From: a virus
Reading direction: 5' to 3' (one strand)
IMG/VR virus record: IMGVR_UViG_3300045988_012481
Coordinates: 1 to 43,577 of that record
DNA: 43,577 nucleotides
Made by a program: the position numbers and the translations under genes. Below, piece by piece: positions 23,691 through 31,318 of the stretch. The notes under the pieces are model-generated. The model saw only the letters and a list, made by a program, of their open reading frames with translations. It was not told where the DNA came from and made no database searches. Within the stretch, counting starts at the first letter, position 1, and each line of letters opens with the position of its first letter.

Positions 23691-23900
23691 TTATGCGCTC
23701 TTAGGATTGATCGGTTCGGTGCTGAAAAGGTACTTGTATTCGCACTTGTACAGATCGCACAGTTTGTTGACTTCTTCCATCGTGAAACGGCCGCTGCGCT
23801 TCTTGGATTCATAGGTGCACCGGTTCAGGCCGAGATAATCGGCGGTGTACTGGTTAGAGTGGCTATATCTTGCCTGCTCTGCATTCAGGTTTGGAAACAT
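23691..23900 (-). CDS. Cro-like XRE-family HTH regulator (69 aa)
   Basis: NLNAEQARYSHSNQYTADYLGLNRCTYESKKRSGRFTMEE...YLF. Divergent from the repressor across the operator region. Confidence 0.75.
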   Translation of the reverse strand: MFPNLNAEQARYSHSNQYTADYLGLNRCTYESKKRSGRFTMEEVNKLCDLYKCEYKYLFSTEPINPKSA

Positions 23901-23920
23901 TTCATCACCTCCGTTTCAAA

Positions 23921-24010
23921 ATTAGCATTTTGCTGATTACAATATTATAATATCAGCATTTCGCTAATTTGTCAATAGCATTCCGCAAATAAAATTAGCA
24001 TTTTGATAAT
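23921..24010. promoter_or_regulatory. Four 17-bp operator-like imperfect palindromes plus the leftward promoter
   Basis: attagcattttgctgat (23921-37), atcagcatttcgctaat (23952-68), aatagcattccgcaaat (23974-90), attagcattttgataat (23994-24010). Minus-strand TTGACA (23975-70), 17-nt spacer, TATTAT (23952-47). Confidence 0.75.
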
Positions 24011-24017
24011 TTTAATC

Positions 24018-24046
24018 TTGACACAGATAGACGCATACTATATAAT
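24018..24046 (+). promoter_or_regulatory. Consensus sigma-A-type promoter for the repressor operon
   Basis: TTGACA (24018-24023), 17-nt spacer, TATAAT (24041-24046); 25 nt upstream of the repressor ATG. Confidence 0.8.
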
Positions 24047-24071
24047 CAAAATAAAGAAAGGGGTGAACGAT

Positions 24072-24470
24072 ATGACGCTTGGTGAGCGAATCGTTGCCAT
24101 CAGAAAAGAAAAAGGCATTACCCAAAAAGATTTTGCTGAACAATTAGGCATTACTGCTACTCGGTTAAATTACTGGGAAAAAGACAAACGATTCCCGCCT
24201 GTTCCTATGCTCAACCTGATTGCGGAATGTCTCGATGTAGATAGCGATTATCTGATTGGGCGAAAAGAAAGTCCTGAAATAAAAAAAGCCCCCACTCCAG
24301 CAAAAGCCGGAGCAGGGAAAGTGACTGTAGGACAGATCAGGCAGACGCTTATTCAGTTAGGTATTCTCCGCGACGGAGAGGATTTAACAGATGCCGATTT
24401 ACTGTTCTTGCGCATCGCTTTTAAGTCCATTGCTGATTGGTTCGCACAGCGCGGCAAAGGTACGCAATAG
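24072..24470 (+). CDS. cI-like repressor, XRE-family HTH (132 aa, no peptidase domain)
   Basis: AAAGGGGTGA RBS. MTLGERIVAIRKEKGITQKDFAEQLGITATRLNYWEKDKRFP. Confidence 0.85.
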   Translation: MTLGERIVAIRKEKGITQKDFAEQLGITATRLNYWEKDKRFPPVPMLNLIAECLDVDSDYLIGRKESPEIKKAPTPAKAGAGKVTVGQIRQTLIQLGILRDGEDLTDADLLFLRIAFKSIADWFAQRGKGTQ

Positions 24471-24722
24471 ACGCTGCGGATCATCAAAAGTATTGAGATA
24501 GGTGGCGAGCTTTTCGCAGTTGGGATATTTATTATTTTCCATGTTTTGTTCCCTGCCTTTCTTGATACTATGGTATTACCAATATAAGGCAATATCAAGC
24601 AAAACCGTCCGTCAAGTTATGACAATATTATAAATCGAACACTTGTTCGATTCAAGGACGAGTTTTCGGATTACAAGTAAAGTCCAATAAACAGGACTTA
24701 TGCAACACGGGAGAGTGTCAAA

Positions 24723-25808
24723 ATGAGTTACGAGGTTTGCTTTTACAATGGACGTATATCATTCATCTTTCCCAAACCTGCTGGCGCTCTTTATGACAAT
24801 CGAGATATTATCTACGATGCAGAAAGAATATCCGTAGATGGTGAAGCGCATGATTTAACATCTATTTCGTCCATTGAATCTATTCCGGTTCCTACTTTTG
24901 ACACTTCAATATCGGTGCACGATGGTTTAGGTGTCACCGGTTCGTTGGAATATGTTCTAAGGATGCATGCAAGCAGGCTGTGGAAAATTGAAAAGTACGA
25001 CTTAGCACTTGCATGTATAGAGAAAGCAACCGAAATCATGTTTGAATCGCCCATCGGTTGGAGTGAAAACGATTTCTACCGCGTCGTGCAATGGTACGAG
25101 GAAATCGGAAGATTTTCCAAAGCCTTAGAGTGGCAGCATAAAATCGAGGAAAACTCAAATAAAATCTCGGTTGGTGCTGCACTCAGAACCCGCATCTACA
25201 ATGAGGTAAAGATCAACTGTCTGGCCATGGGCACAGATCTTGTTTTGATTCCATGGGAAAACGGAAGAAGTGCAGTGTCTGCCAAATATCAAGGGCGTGT
25301 GTATACCATGCACGGAAATGATTGGCGTTTTCCTAAACTCCCGAAATTCATTCTAAAGACCGGATATGTAGAGCCAGACGGCGCGTTCGTTCGATTCCCT
25401 ATAGTCTTTTTCGACGACAGAAACCAGGATAGGATTTATTATAAAGGCGAAGAACAGCCTATGCTTCACACAAGCTGGAGGCCGTTTGTTGATGATCGAG
25501 ACGAAGACGAGATCGAAGTATACAACGAATTGCAGCGCAGGATTCGTAACGACAAAGAGCGTAGGTTAAATCACAGTATATATTACCGTGTAAGGTATCT
25601 TCTTCCTGACCTATGTCCTAAATCTCTCAGCGGATTTACTCGTATAAAAAATCAGAACTCCGCCAAATATCAAAAGCTGGTAGAGGAACTAAGCGATCTG
25701 GGTTTTGCGATTCCAGATACTACAATAGCGATTGAAGAACCAATAGACCCGGAACCAAACTACCACGGAGGACGGATTATAAAACCGTTTATTCTGCCGT
25801 GGAAGTGA
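24723..25808 (+). CDS. Unknown 361-aa protein (TPR-like helical region plus MuF-like motif), low-G+C island
   Basis: GGGAGAG RBS. Helical repeats (KYDLALACIEKATEIM; FYRVVQWYEEIGRFSKALEWQ). SAKYQGRVYTMHGNDWRFPKLP resembles HKKWQGKVYSTKTGGKYPSIY of this phage's own MuF protein. Confidence 0.7.
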   Translation: MSYEVCFYNGRISFIFPKPAGALYDNRDIIYDAERISVDGEAHDLTSISSIESIPVPTFDTSISVHDGLGVTGSLEYVLRMHASRLWKIEKYDLALACIEKATEIMFESPIGWSENDFYRVVQWYEEIGRFSKALEWQHKIEENSNKISVGAALRTRIYNEVKINCLAMGTDLVLIPWENGRSAVSAKYQGRVYTMHGNDWRFPKLPKFILKTGYVEPDGAFVRFPIVFFDDRNQDRIYYKGEEQPMLHTSWRPFVDDRDEDEIEVYNELQRRIRNDKERRLNHSIYYRVRYLLPDLCPKSLSGFTRIKNQNSAKYQKLVEELSDLGFAIPDTTIAIEEPIDPEPNYHGGRIIKPFILPWK

Positions 25809-25923
25809 TAAGCGAAATAAAAAGGGTGTAACGTTTTGTTACGGCCTTAAAGTGGTACTAAATAACGTTTCGTTATCGAGTTAGTCCTCAAATTTTGAAG
25901 CAAATAAAAGGGAAGGTGAAATT

Positions 25924-26556
25924 ATGTTTTGCACGAATTGTGGCACGGAATTCGAGGGAAATTTTTGCCCGAACTGCGGAACAAAGGCTGGTGAACAACT
26001 ACCTGCACAAACCGTTGCCCCAAAGGAAACGCACGAGTATTACGATAAAGAGGGCGATTTAATCGACCTCTCCACGATCTACGGCGTTTACAAGGACAGA
26101 ACCGGCATGTCTGCATTCTTCCGCAAATGCACCGATTACGATTCTGTCACTATCGGTAAAGCGTTAGACTATATCGAGGATAACGTAAAGCCGAAGGAAT
26201 ACGGCATGCTGGATGCAATCCGCATGAAGCGTCAGATTGAAGCACCGATTGAGAAGATCATAAAAGTGCAAGCAGTGAACGACCCTTCGGTTAAATTGCA
26301 AAAGGCGCAGCTTTCCGAACTGAAAAAAGCGAACAAACTACAGCAAAAAGAAATGAACGCACAAGCGCGTTGTCCGCGTTGCGGCTCCACTTCCCTTTCT
26401 GCACACAAGAAGGGATTCGGCATCGGCAAGGCCGTGGTAGGCGCAGCCGTGACCGCGCCGCTGGGGCTGGGATTGATCGGTGCCGTAGCCGGAAACAAGG
26501 GCGCGAAAAAAGTCCGCGTCACTTGTTTGAAATGCGGAAAACAATTTTGGGCATAA
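25924..26556 (+). CDS. Double zinc-ribbon protein with glycine-zipper hydrophobic segment (210 aa)
   Basis: AAGGGAAGGTGA RBS. N-terminal CTNCG...CPNCG. C-terminal CPRCG...CLKCG interrupted by GFGIGKAVVGAAVTAPLGLGLIGAVAG. Confidence 0.7.
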   Translation: MFCTNCGTEFEGNFCPNCGTKAGEQLPAQTVAPKETHEYYDKEGDLIDLSTIYGVYKDRTGMSAFFRKCTDYDSVTIGKALDYIEDNVKPKEYGMLDAIRMKRQIEAPIEKIIKVQAVNDPSVKLQKAQLSELKKANKLQQKEMNAQARCPRCGSTSLSAHKKGFGIGKAVVGAAVTAPLGLGLIGAVAGNKGAKKVRVTCLKCGKQFWA

Positions 26557-26596
26557 AAAACGCCCACCGGCGGCAACCGGCGGACGTTATACGGGG

Positions 26597-26637
26597 GGGT
26601 AGAAATCTTGTGCAACGGAATTCTACCCTCTTATTAT
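26597..26637 (+). terminator. Terminator-like hairpin after the 210-aa gene
   Basis: GGGTAGAA (26597-26604) / TTCTACCC (26621-26628) followed by TCTTATTAT. Confidence 0.5.
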
Positions 26638-26660
26638 ATCGAAAATAGGAGGAAAATGCA

Positions 26661-27839
26661 ATGCCACGTCGAAAAAAAGACCCTCGCGGCTTTGTCCGTG
26701 AGACCGGAACGTATATGGGAAAGCATTACGACCTGAGAGCAAAAACCGAAAAGGAACTCAACGAGAAAATCAGGGCAAAACGCGCAGAGATCGAATCCGG
26801 AAGTAAACTCATTGAAGCCGGTGTTACCGTAAAGGAATGGGGGAAACGCTGGGTAGAAACCTACAAGTCCGGCGTGAAGGAATCCACGCGCAGGCTGATT
26901 GAGGGACGACTTGTGAACTACGTCTATCCTTACATTGGGGATATCCCCGTAAGCAAAGTGCGGCCGCTGAACTGTCAGGAAGCGCTTAACTCTGCGGAAG
27001 GACGTGCGCCGGACACCGTAAAGAAGGTGCAGCAGGCAATCGAGCAGATGTTCCGCGCAGCCAAGCAGAACGGCTTGTGCGTCAATAATCCTGCGGAAGA
27101 TTTGAAAATGCCCCGTACTGGCAAGCAGACGAGCCACAGGAGCATTACAGACCGCGAACGTGTTATTTTACTGGAAACTGCAAAGACGCATACTGCGGGG
27201 CCGTGGGTGCTTACTCTGCTGTATAGTGGCTTGCGTCCGGCGGAAAGCCTTGTGCTGACATACGCCGATATTACAGGCGGTATGATTACTGTTGACAAGG
27301 CGTACGACCGGGACACCCGCGCCGAGAAATACCCCAAGTCAGACGCAGGCGTTCGCAAAATCCCGATCATCCCCCAGCTTGCCGCAGTCCTGCCGAAAGC
27401 CGGTTCGTTCGGTGAATTGGTTTTTCCGCGTAACGGGCACTTGTACGATGATAAGTCCATGCGTGCCATGTGGCAGGGTTTCCGCGCCGCTATGGATGAT
27501 ACCGAACGTGAGTTGATCGCGGCGGGGAAAATCTCACCCATTGCCGAGCAGCTGCCGCCTATCGTTCCCTACGATCTGCGCCACACGTTCTGCACAGATT
27601 TAGAGCGCGCGGGCGTACCGCTCAACGTCGCAAGCAAACTCATGGGACACGCATCTATCGAGATTACCGCCAAGATTTACACGCATACCGGCGAGGATAT
27701 GATCGAGCGTGCAGGTGAGCAATTAGCCGCCTTGTTCAGTCCCACATTTAGTCCCATTAACGAAGTGCAAAAAACGCCTATGGCTGACATTATGCGAGAG
27801 CTGCAAGAACTTCGTGCAGCAGTGCTCAAAGCCGTATAA
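26661..27839 (+). CDS. int: Tyrosine recombinase (phage integrase)
   Basis: 392 aa, AGGAGG RBS. C-terminal catalytic pattern ...YDLRHTFCTDLERAGVPLNVASKLMGHASIEITAKIYTH. Confidence 0.95.
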   Translation: MPRRKKDPRGFVRETGTYMGKHYDLRAKTEKELNEKIRAKRAEIESGSKLIEAGVTVKEWGKRWVETYKSGVKESTRRLIEGRLVNYVYPYIGDIPVSKVRPLNCQEALNSAEGRAPDTVKKVQQAIEQMFRAAKQNGLCVNNPAEDLKMPRTGKQTSHRSITDRERVILLETAKTHTAGPWVLTLLYSGLRPAESLVLTYADITGGMITVDKAYDRDTRAEKYPKSDAGVRKIPIIPQLAAVLPKAGSFGELVFPRNGHLYDDKSMRAMWQGFRAAMDDTERELIAAGKISPIAEQLPPIVPYDLRHTFCTDLERAGVPLNVASKLMGHASIEITAKIYTHTGEDMIERAGEQLAALFSPTFSPINEVQKTPMADIMRELQELRAAVLKAV

Positions 27840-27850
27840 AATAACAAAAA

Positions 27851-27892
27851 AGCCTTGTTTCAATGGATTTACCAAAGAAACAAGGCTTTTTA
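27851..27892 (+). terminator. Intrinsic terminator after int
   Basis: AGCCTTGTTTC (27851-61) / GAAACAAGGCT (27877-87) followed by a T-run; an A-run lies upstream, so it may act in both directions. Confidence 0.8.
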
Positions 27893-27895
27893 ATA

Positions 27896-27950
27896 TGGAG
27901 CTGCTAACCAGATTTGAACTGGTGACCTCATCCTTACCAAGGACGAGGTG
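27896..27950 (-). other. attP core: 3' ~53 nt of a tRNA-Thr(GGU) gene (partial tRNA, not a functional gene)
   Basis: Minus strand reads CGTCC-TTGGTAA-GGATG (anticodon arm, GGT), AGGTC, ACCAG-TTCAAAT-CTGGT (T arm), TAGCAGC-T-CCA. No matching 5' acceptor strand or D arm lies upstream. Confidence 0.8.
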
Positions 27951-28071
27951 AAATTTCGAAACCCCACAGTATGTCTGAACTTTTGACACTTCAAAAATTT
28001 TAGTCCCATGTTTAGTCCCACTTGACCTATACATTGTACCACAGATAGCGTGGGACTTCAACACCGCAATG

Positions 28072-28095
28072 AAGGGAGGGCATTTGCCCTCCCTT
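28072..28095 (-). terminator. Hairpin terminating the accessory cassette
   Basis: AAGGGAGGGC / GCCCTCCCTT 10-bp stem immediately after the stop of 28099..28800. The U-tract is weak on the minus strand. Confidence 0.5.
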
Positions 28096-28098
28096 TAT

Positions 28099-28800
28099 TC
28101 AATGCTTCACAACATACCGGTAGTATGCCGCTTCCTTATTTTTCACTGCGTCCTTGTCTTCGAGCCAGAACGCACAAGCAGCGTCAACATAGTAATCAAT
28201 GTTGCGGATGCCGTGTTTCTCGTTGACCTTGCCAAAGTCGGAGTATACAGCGTTCATTGCCACCCAGAATTCTACCGGGTCGTAATTCAAGTTGTGCTGC
28301 TGCATTACCTGCTTGCACTGTTCAAACGTCCAGTGCGGGCCGGTCGTGCCATCAGCGTTCTGCATGTTGTGCAGCCATTCGTCCGCCATGTCCTTAGTCA
28401 TACGCCCGGTGTGCGTGCTGGACGCATAGCCCATAGTGCGCTCAGAACCGTGCGTCTTGTCGCCTACATAAGAAGTATCCCCCATGTAAGCATCATCGTC
28501 ACGAAAGCCAATAGGGCGCATCTCGTCATCGTAATCGGGGTACTCGTCATACTCCGGATATTCCATGCTGCTTTTCGGCGCAAAGCGTCCGTCAGAATAA
28601 CGGCGATAATTCCGCATCTCCGGTTCGCCGCCGTGAATACGCTCATCATAGTAACCGTAAGGCTCAATATGATTGTACCGATACCGCACGCCGTAATGCT
28701 GGCGATCTTCGGGATACGTCTTGCGGATTCTCCATTCCTCCGGCGAAGCATTCTCTCGGCGGGTGTGCTGCATCAACAGCATTCGGGTTCCTCGTTTCAT
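28099..28800 (-). CDS. Cassette protein 7: Tyr/Asp/Glu/Arg/Pro-rich N-half plus conserved helical C-domain (233 aa)
   Basis: AGGGGG RBS. N-half YPEDRQHYGVRYRYNHIEPYGYYDE...EYPEYDEYPDYDDE. C-half MTKDMADEWLHNMQNADGTTGPHWTFEQCKQVM...FWVAMNAVYSDF. Confidence 0.7.
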   Translation of the reverse strand: MKRGTRMLLMQHTRRENASPEEWRIRKTYPEDRQHYGVRYRYNHIEPYGYYDERIHGGEPEMRNYRRYSDGRFAPKSSMEYPEYDEYPDYDDEMRPIGFRDDDAYMGDTSYVGDKTHGSERTMGYASSTHTGRMTKDMADEWLHNMQNADGTTGPHWTFEQCKQVMQQHNLNYDPVEFWVAMNAVYSDFGKVNEKHGIRNIDYYVDAACAFWLEDKDAVKNKEAAYYRYVVKH

Positions 28801-28812
28801 GATGATACCCCC

Positions 28813-29199
28813 TTACACCGTCGGCGCTGTGCCGTTAATAGACCGCAGCGTGTCAGAATGAGAGCAGCAGGAATTACCGAGCATTCGGAAACTGCCGCCG
28901 CTGGACGAAGTGACAACGCGACACAGGTATTTGTGGCGGGTGTCCAGATTAAACACTGTCGCCTGTGCGCCGTTGCATTTCAGCAGCGGATACGTTACCG
29001 TTCCGTCGCCGATTGTGATTACTACCGGTGCGCCGATGATCGTTGTGCTCGGAATGTTCTGAGCGATTACGATTCCGTATACGCAGCCGTTCTGGTAATC
29101 TCCCGCCGGAATGTTCACCGTCAGCACGCCGCTTGCGTAAGTCACGCCCTGTGAGATACGCAGGTTCGGACACAGTTTTTGTACAGGCTTGCAAGCCAT
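28813..29199 (-). CDS. Cassette protein 6: beta-rich Cys-containing protein (128 aa)
   Basis: AGGAGGG RBS. MACKPVQKLCPN...GVLTVNIPAGDY...VVITIGDGTVTYPLLKCNG...YLCRVVTSSSGGSFRMLGNSCCSH. Confidence 0.7.
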   Translation of the reverse strand: MACKPVQKLCPNLRISQGVTYASGVLTVNIPAGDYQNGCVYGIVIAQNIPSTTIIGAPVVITIGDGTVTYPLLKCNGAQATVFNLDTRHKYLCRVVTSSSGGSFRMLGNSCCSHSDTLRSINGTAPTV

Positions 29200-29255
29200 A
29201 ACTATTCCCTCCTATCAAAGGCAGGGGGATTGCTCCCCCTCCTGAATATCGTATC

Positions 29256-30068
29256 TCAGCAGCCGCAGGTGTTGCAGCCACAGCCGGAAAACTGGTAAGG
29301 TGCCGGAACCGGGAACGCCGGAACGGGAGCCGGGCGCAGAGCGTTTACCAGATAATTGTTCTGTGCTTCCTGAGATGCGGCAAACTTCAAAGTCTGGTTC
29401 TCCGTCTGGAGCGCCGCAATCTTCTCTGCCTGACGTGCAGTTTCCATCTGGTCAATCCGCGCAATGATACGGTCGGTATCGTTGTGGGTGGACTGGATAA
29501 TGTCGCGTGCGTTGGTAGCGGCATTGTAGTTGGTATCGCAGAAACCACGCTCCACCTGTCGCTGAGTATCGCAGCAGCAATTTGCCATCTGCGTACCCAG
29601 AGCAGTAAGGCCAGCAGTTACGCCGTTAAAGCCAGTGTTCATGTTCTGGTTTACGCCGTTGATAAGCTGTGCGTTCTGGTAGCCGAGCTGACAAATTGCG
29701 TTGTCTACACCGTGGAAGCCGTTAGAAACCGCGCTGCCGAGCGTGTTGAAGCCGGTAAGCATTCCGTTGTTCATACTGTAAAAGCCGTTGCACAATCCGT
29801 CCTGAATGCCGAGAACGGAACGGGACAGGTTGTTGAAGTTGAACTCACTGCACAGATCGGAGCGAGTAACCGCGCCCTGATACCCTGCGCCGTTCGCACC
29901 GTTGCCGCCGTTGTTGCCCCAGCCCCAGCCGTTGCCGCCGAAAATCAGTGCAATAATCAGAAATGCGAAAATCCACGAGCCATCGCCGCCCCACATACCG
30001 GAGCCGTTGTTGCTACCGTTGCTGTCCTGACCCAGTGCATAGCCCAGAGCCATCGAATCGTCACTCAT
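29256..30068 (-). CDS. Cassette protein 5: Gly/Asn/Trp-rich single-TM protein with coiled coil and Cys-rich C-terminus (270 aa)
   Basis: AAGGAG RBS before MSDDSM. GMWGGDGSWIFAFLIIALIFGGNGWGWGNNGG. Repeated NGF/TGF motifs, CCC, coiled coil AEKIAALQTENQTL, and ending SGCGCNTCGC. Confidence 0.75.
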   Translation of the reverse strand: MSDDSMALGYALGQDSNGSNNGSGMWGGDGSWIFAFLIIALIFGGNGWGWGNNGGNGANGAGYQGAVTRSDLCSEFNFNNLSRSVLGIQDGLCNGFYSMNNGMLTGFNTLGSAVSNGFHGVDNAICQLGYQNAQLINGVNQNMNTGFNGVTAGLTALGTQMANCCCDTQRQVERGFCDTNYNAATNARDIIQSTHNDTDRIIARIDQMETARQAEKIAALQTENQTLKFAASQEAQNNYLVNALRPAPVPAFPVPAPYQFSGCGCNTCGC

Positions 30069-30208
30069 AGTGTAATTCTCCTTTTCAGTTATATTTGATC
30101 GGAACCGTACGCTTTCCGAACATGACAAATTCACGTCGGATTTTCATCAAGATTCCGTAACTGAAAAGGGAACCGTAAAAAATCGTCTGTTTTTTTACAG
30201 TTTCGTAT

Positions 30209-30436
30209 TTACTTGATGTTCATGCCGAACTGCTGTGCAAACTGATCGAGGTCGATTCCTCGTTCCTTTGCAATGTTCATTGCCATCTGCCGCAGCGCGT
30301 CTGGGCTTTTGCCCTGCATGGATTTCATTAGGGTGCTCACCATAGGATTATTGCCAGTCATTTGGTTCAGCATCATCATAGGATTTCCGCCGTTCCTCAT
30401 AAGCTGCAACACCTGCATCATCGGATTATTTACCAT
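30209..30436 (-). CDS. Cassette protein 4: Met-rich small protein (75 aa)
   Basis: GGGAGGTG RBS. MVNNPMMQVLQLMRNGGNPMMMLNQMTGNNPMVSTLMKSMQGKSP... Confidence 0.6.
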   Translation of the reverse strand: MVNNPMMQVLQLMRNGGNPMMMLNQMTGNNPMVSTLMKSMQGKSPDALRQMAMNIAKERGIDLDQFAQQFGMNIK

Positions 30437-30824
30437 CGTTTGCACCTCCCAGTTGTTCACATAACTTGTTAAACCGTCGGATAAGCTCGTTGAATTCCGT
30501 TCTCGGAACATAATCTGACAAATCTATTTCCGCAGGTTTATTCGTTTCCGGCTCCTGTGCTCTGCGATACATCACAAAGTCGGCACAGCCGGTTTGCAAA
30601 TTAAGCTGTTTAGTGTAAATCGCGCCGTGTGCCGTGTCCGGCATGATAGTAAGCGCACCGGAAAAGTCCGTCTGTACCGCACGCGCTTCCTCCACGCTTG
30701 CCACAGGTCGTACAATATGCTGTGGAGATTGCACCTGCTGTTGCATTGGTGTCTGCATTGGCTGTTGCGGGTACTGCTGTTGATACTGCGGCGTGTAGCC
30801 AGTGTAACCATAAGGATATGCCAT
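30426..30824 (-). CDS. Cassette protein 3: Gln/Pro/Tyr-rich N-terminus plus small conserved domain (132 aa)
   Basis: MAYPYGYTGYTPQYQQQYPQQPMQTPMQQQVQSPQ..., then VASVEEARAVQTDFSGALTIMPDTAHGAIYTKQLNLQTG. Confidence 0.7.
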   Translation of the reverse strand: MAYPYGYTGYTPQYQQQYPQQPMQTPMQQQVQSPQHIVRPVASVEEARAVQTDFSGALTIMPDTAHGAIYTKQLNLQTGCADFVMYRRAQEPETNKPAEIDLSDYVPRTEFNELIRRFNKLCEQLGGANDGK

Positions 30825-30825
30825 T

Positions 30826-30996
30826 TTAACCCAGCACCTCCGTAACGTGTTCGCTGATGGATTTACTTACCGCCTCTTTGTAGGATATATACTCCTCTAA
30901 GCAATCTGTATTGCCTGCGTTGCGGTAAACTGCTACAATGCGACGAGCGCACTCAGGGTCATACCCCATGCGTTCAAGTCTCTGTTCGTAACTCAT
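30826..30996 (-). CDS. Cassette protein 2: small protein (56 aa, MSYEQRLERMGYDPECARRIVAVYRNAGNTDCLEEYISYKEAVSKSISEHVTEVLG)
   Basis: AAGGAAGTGA RBS. Its stop lies 1 nt before the next ATG. Under 60 aa, so absent from the track. Confidence 0.5.
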   Translation of the reverse strand: MSYEQRLERMGYDPECARRIVAVYRNAGNTDCLEEYISYKEAVSKSISEHVTEVLG

Positions 30997-31006
30997 GCGA
31001 TCACTT

Positions 31007-31073
31007 CCTTATACTTTCAGTATAAGGTCTGCCGGGCGTGAAAACCTGTCACAAATCTGTCAACTTGCTGTCA
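31007..31073 (-). promoter_or_regulatory. Three helically phased TGACAG repeats plus an RBS-sequestering hairpin
   Basis: Plus-strand ctgtca at 31046-51, 31057-62 and 31068-73 (exact 11-bp period). Inverted repeat CCTTATAC/GTATAAGG (31007-14 / 31020-27) includes the AAGG of the downstream RBS. Confidence 0.55.
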
Positions 31074-31271
31074 CAGCACGCGCAGCATTTTGCATTTGAT
31101 GCTGTTCAACCGACGATGCACCGTGCTTTCGCTCATGTGCAGCGTCATGCAAATCTGAGTAATAGAGCGCGCCGATGTTCGCAGGTCAAACACGGCGCGC
31201 TCTTCTGGTGTAAAATTGCACTCACGCCGGAAGTATTCCACCTCCGGCCTTGTAAATTCCGTTAATTTCAT
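31071..31271 (-). CDS. Cassette protein 1: small sigma-70 region-4 / LuxR-type HTH regulator (66 aa)
   Basis: GAGGGGA RBS. MKLTEFTRPEVEYFRRECNFTPEERAVFDLRTSARSITQICMTLHMSESTVHRRLNSIKCKM. Confidence 0.65.
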   Translation of the reverse strand: MKLTEFTRPEVEYFRRECNFTPEERAVFDLRTSARSITQICMTLHMSESTVHRRLNSIKCKMLRVL

Positions 31272-31318
31272 GCGGTATCCCCTCGTTATGGTGTCACCGC
31301 ATATCTTTCCCCTTGTAT

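Larger units (their letters stand above)
27738..28057. repeat. Putative integrase arm-type sites: five copies of AGTCCCA flanking the att core
   Basis: Direct copies at 27738-44, 27750-56, 28002-08 and 28014-20 (three of them as TTTAGTCCCA). Inverted TGGGACT at 28051-57. Confidence 0.6.

Noticed and set aside
24353-24598. 81-aa minus-strand ORF (and a 48-aa ORF from ATG 24543) antisense to the repressor 3' end
   Set aside because: Both overlap the repressor gene in antisense and have a weak or absent RBS. The composition is not convincing.
27896-27950. Possible functional tRNA-Thr gene
   Set aside because: Only the anticodon arm to CCA is present. The upstream sequence (…TTTCGAAATTTCAC) cannot form the 5' acceptor strand or D arm. 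I interpret it as the attP core.
28069-29154. 361-aa plus-strand ORF spanning two cassette genes
   Set aside because: It runs antisense across two separate minus-strand genes that each have strong RBSs and protein-like sequence. The plus frame is Arg/Val/His-rich with no RBS.
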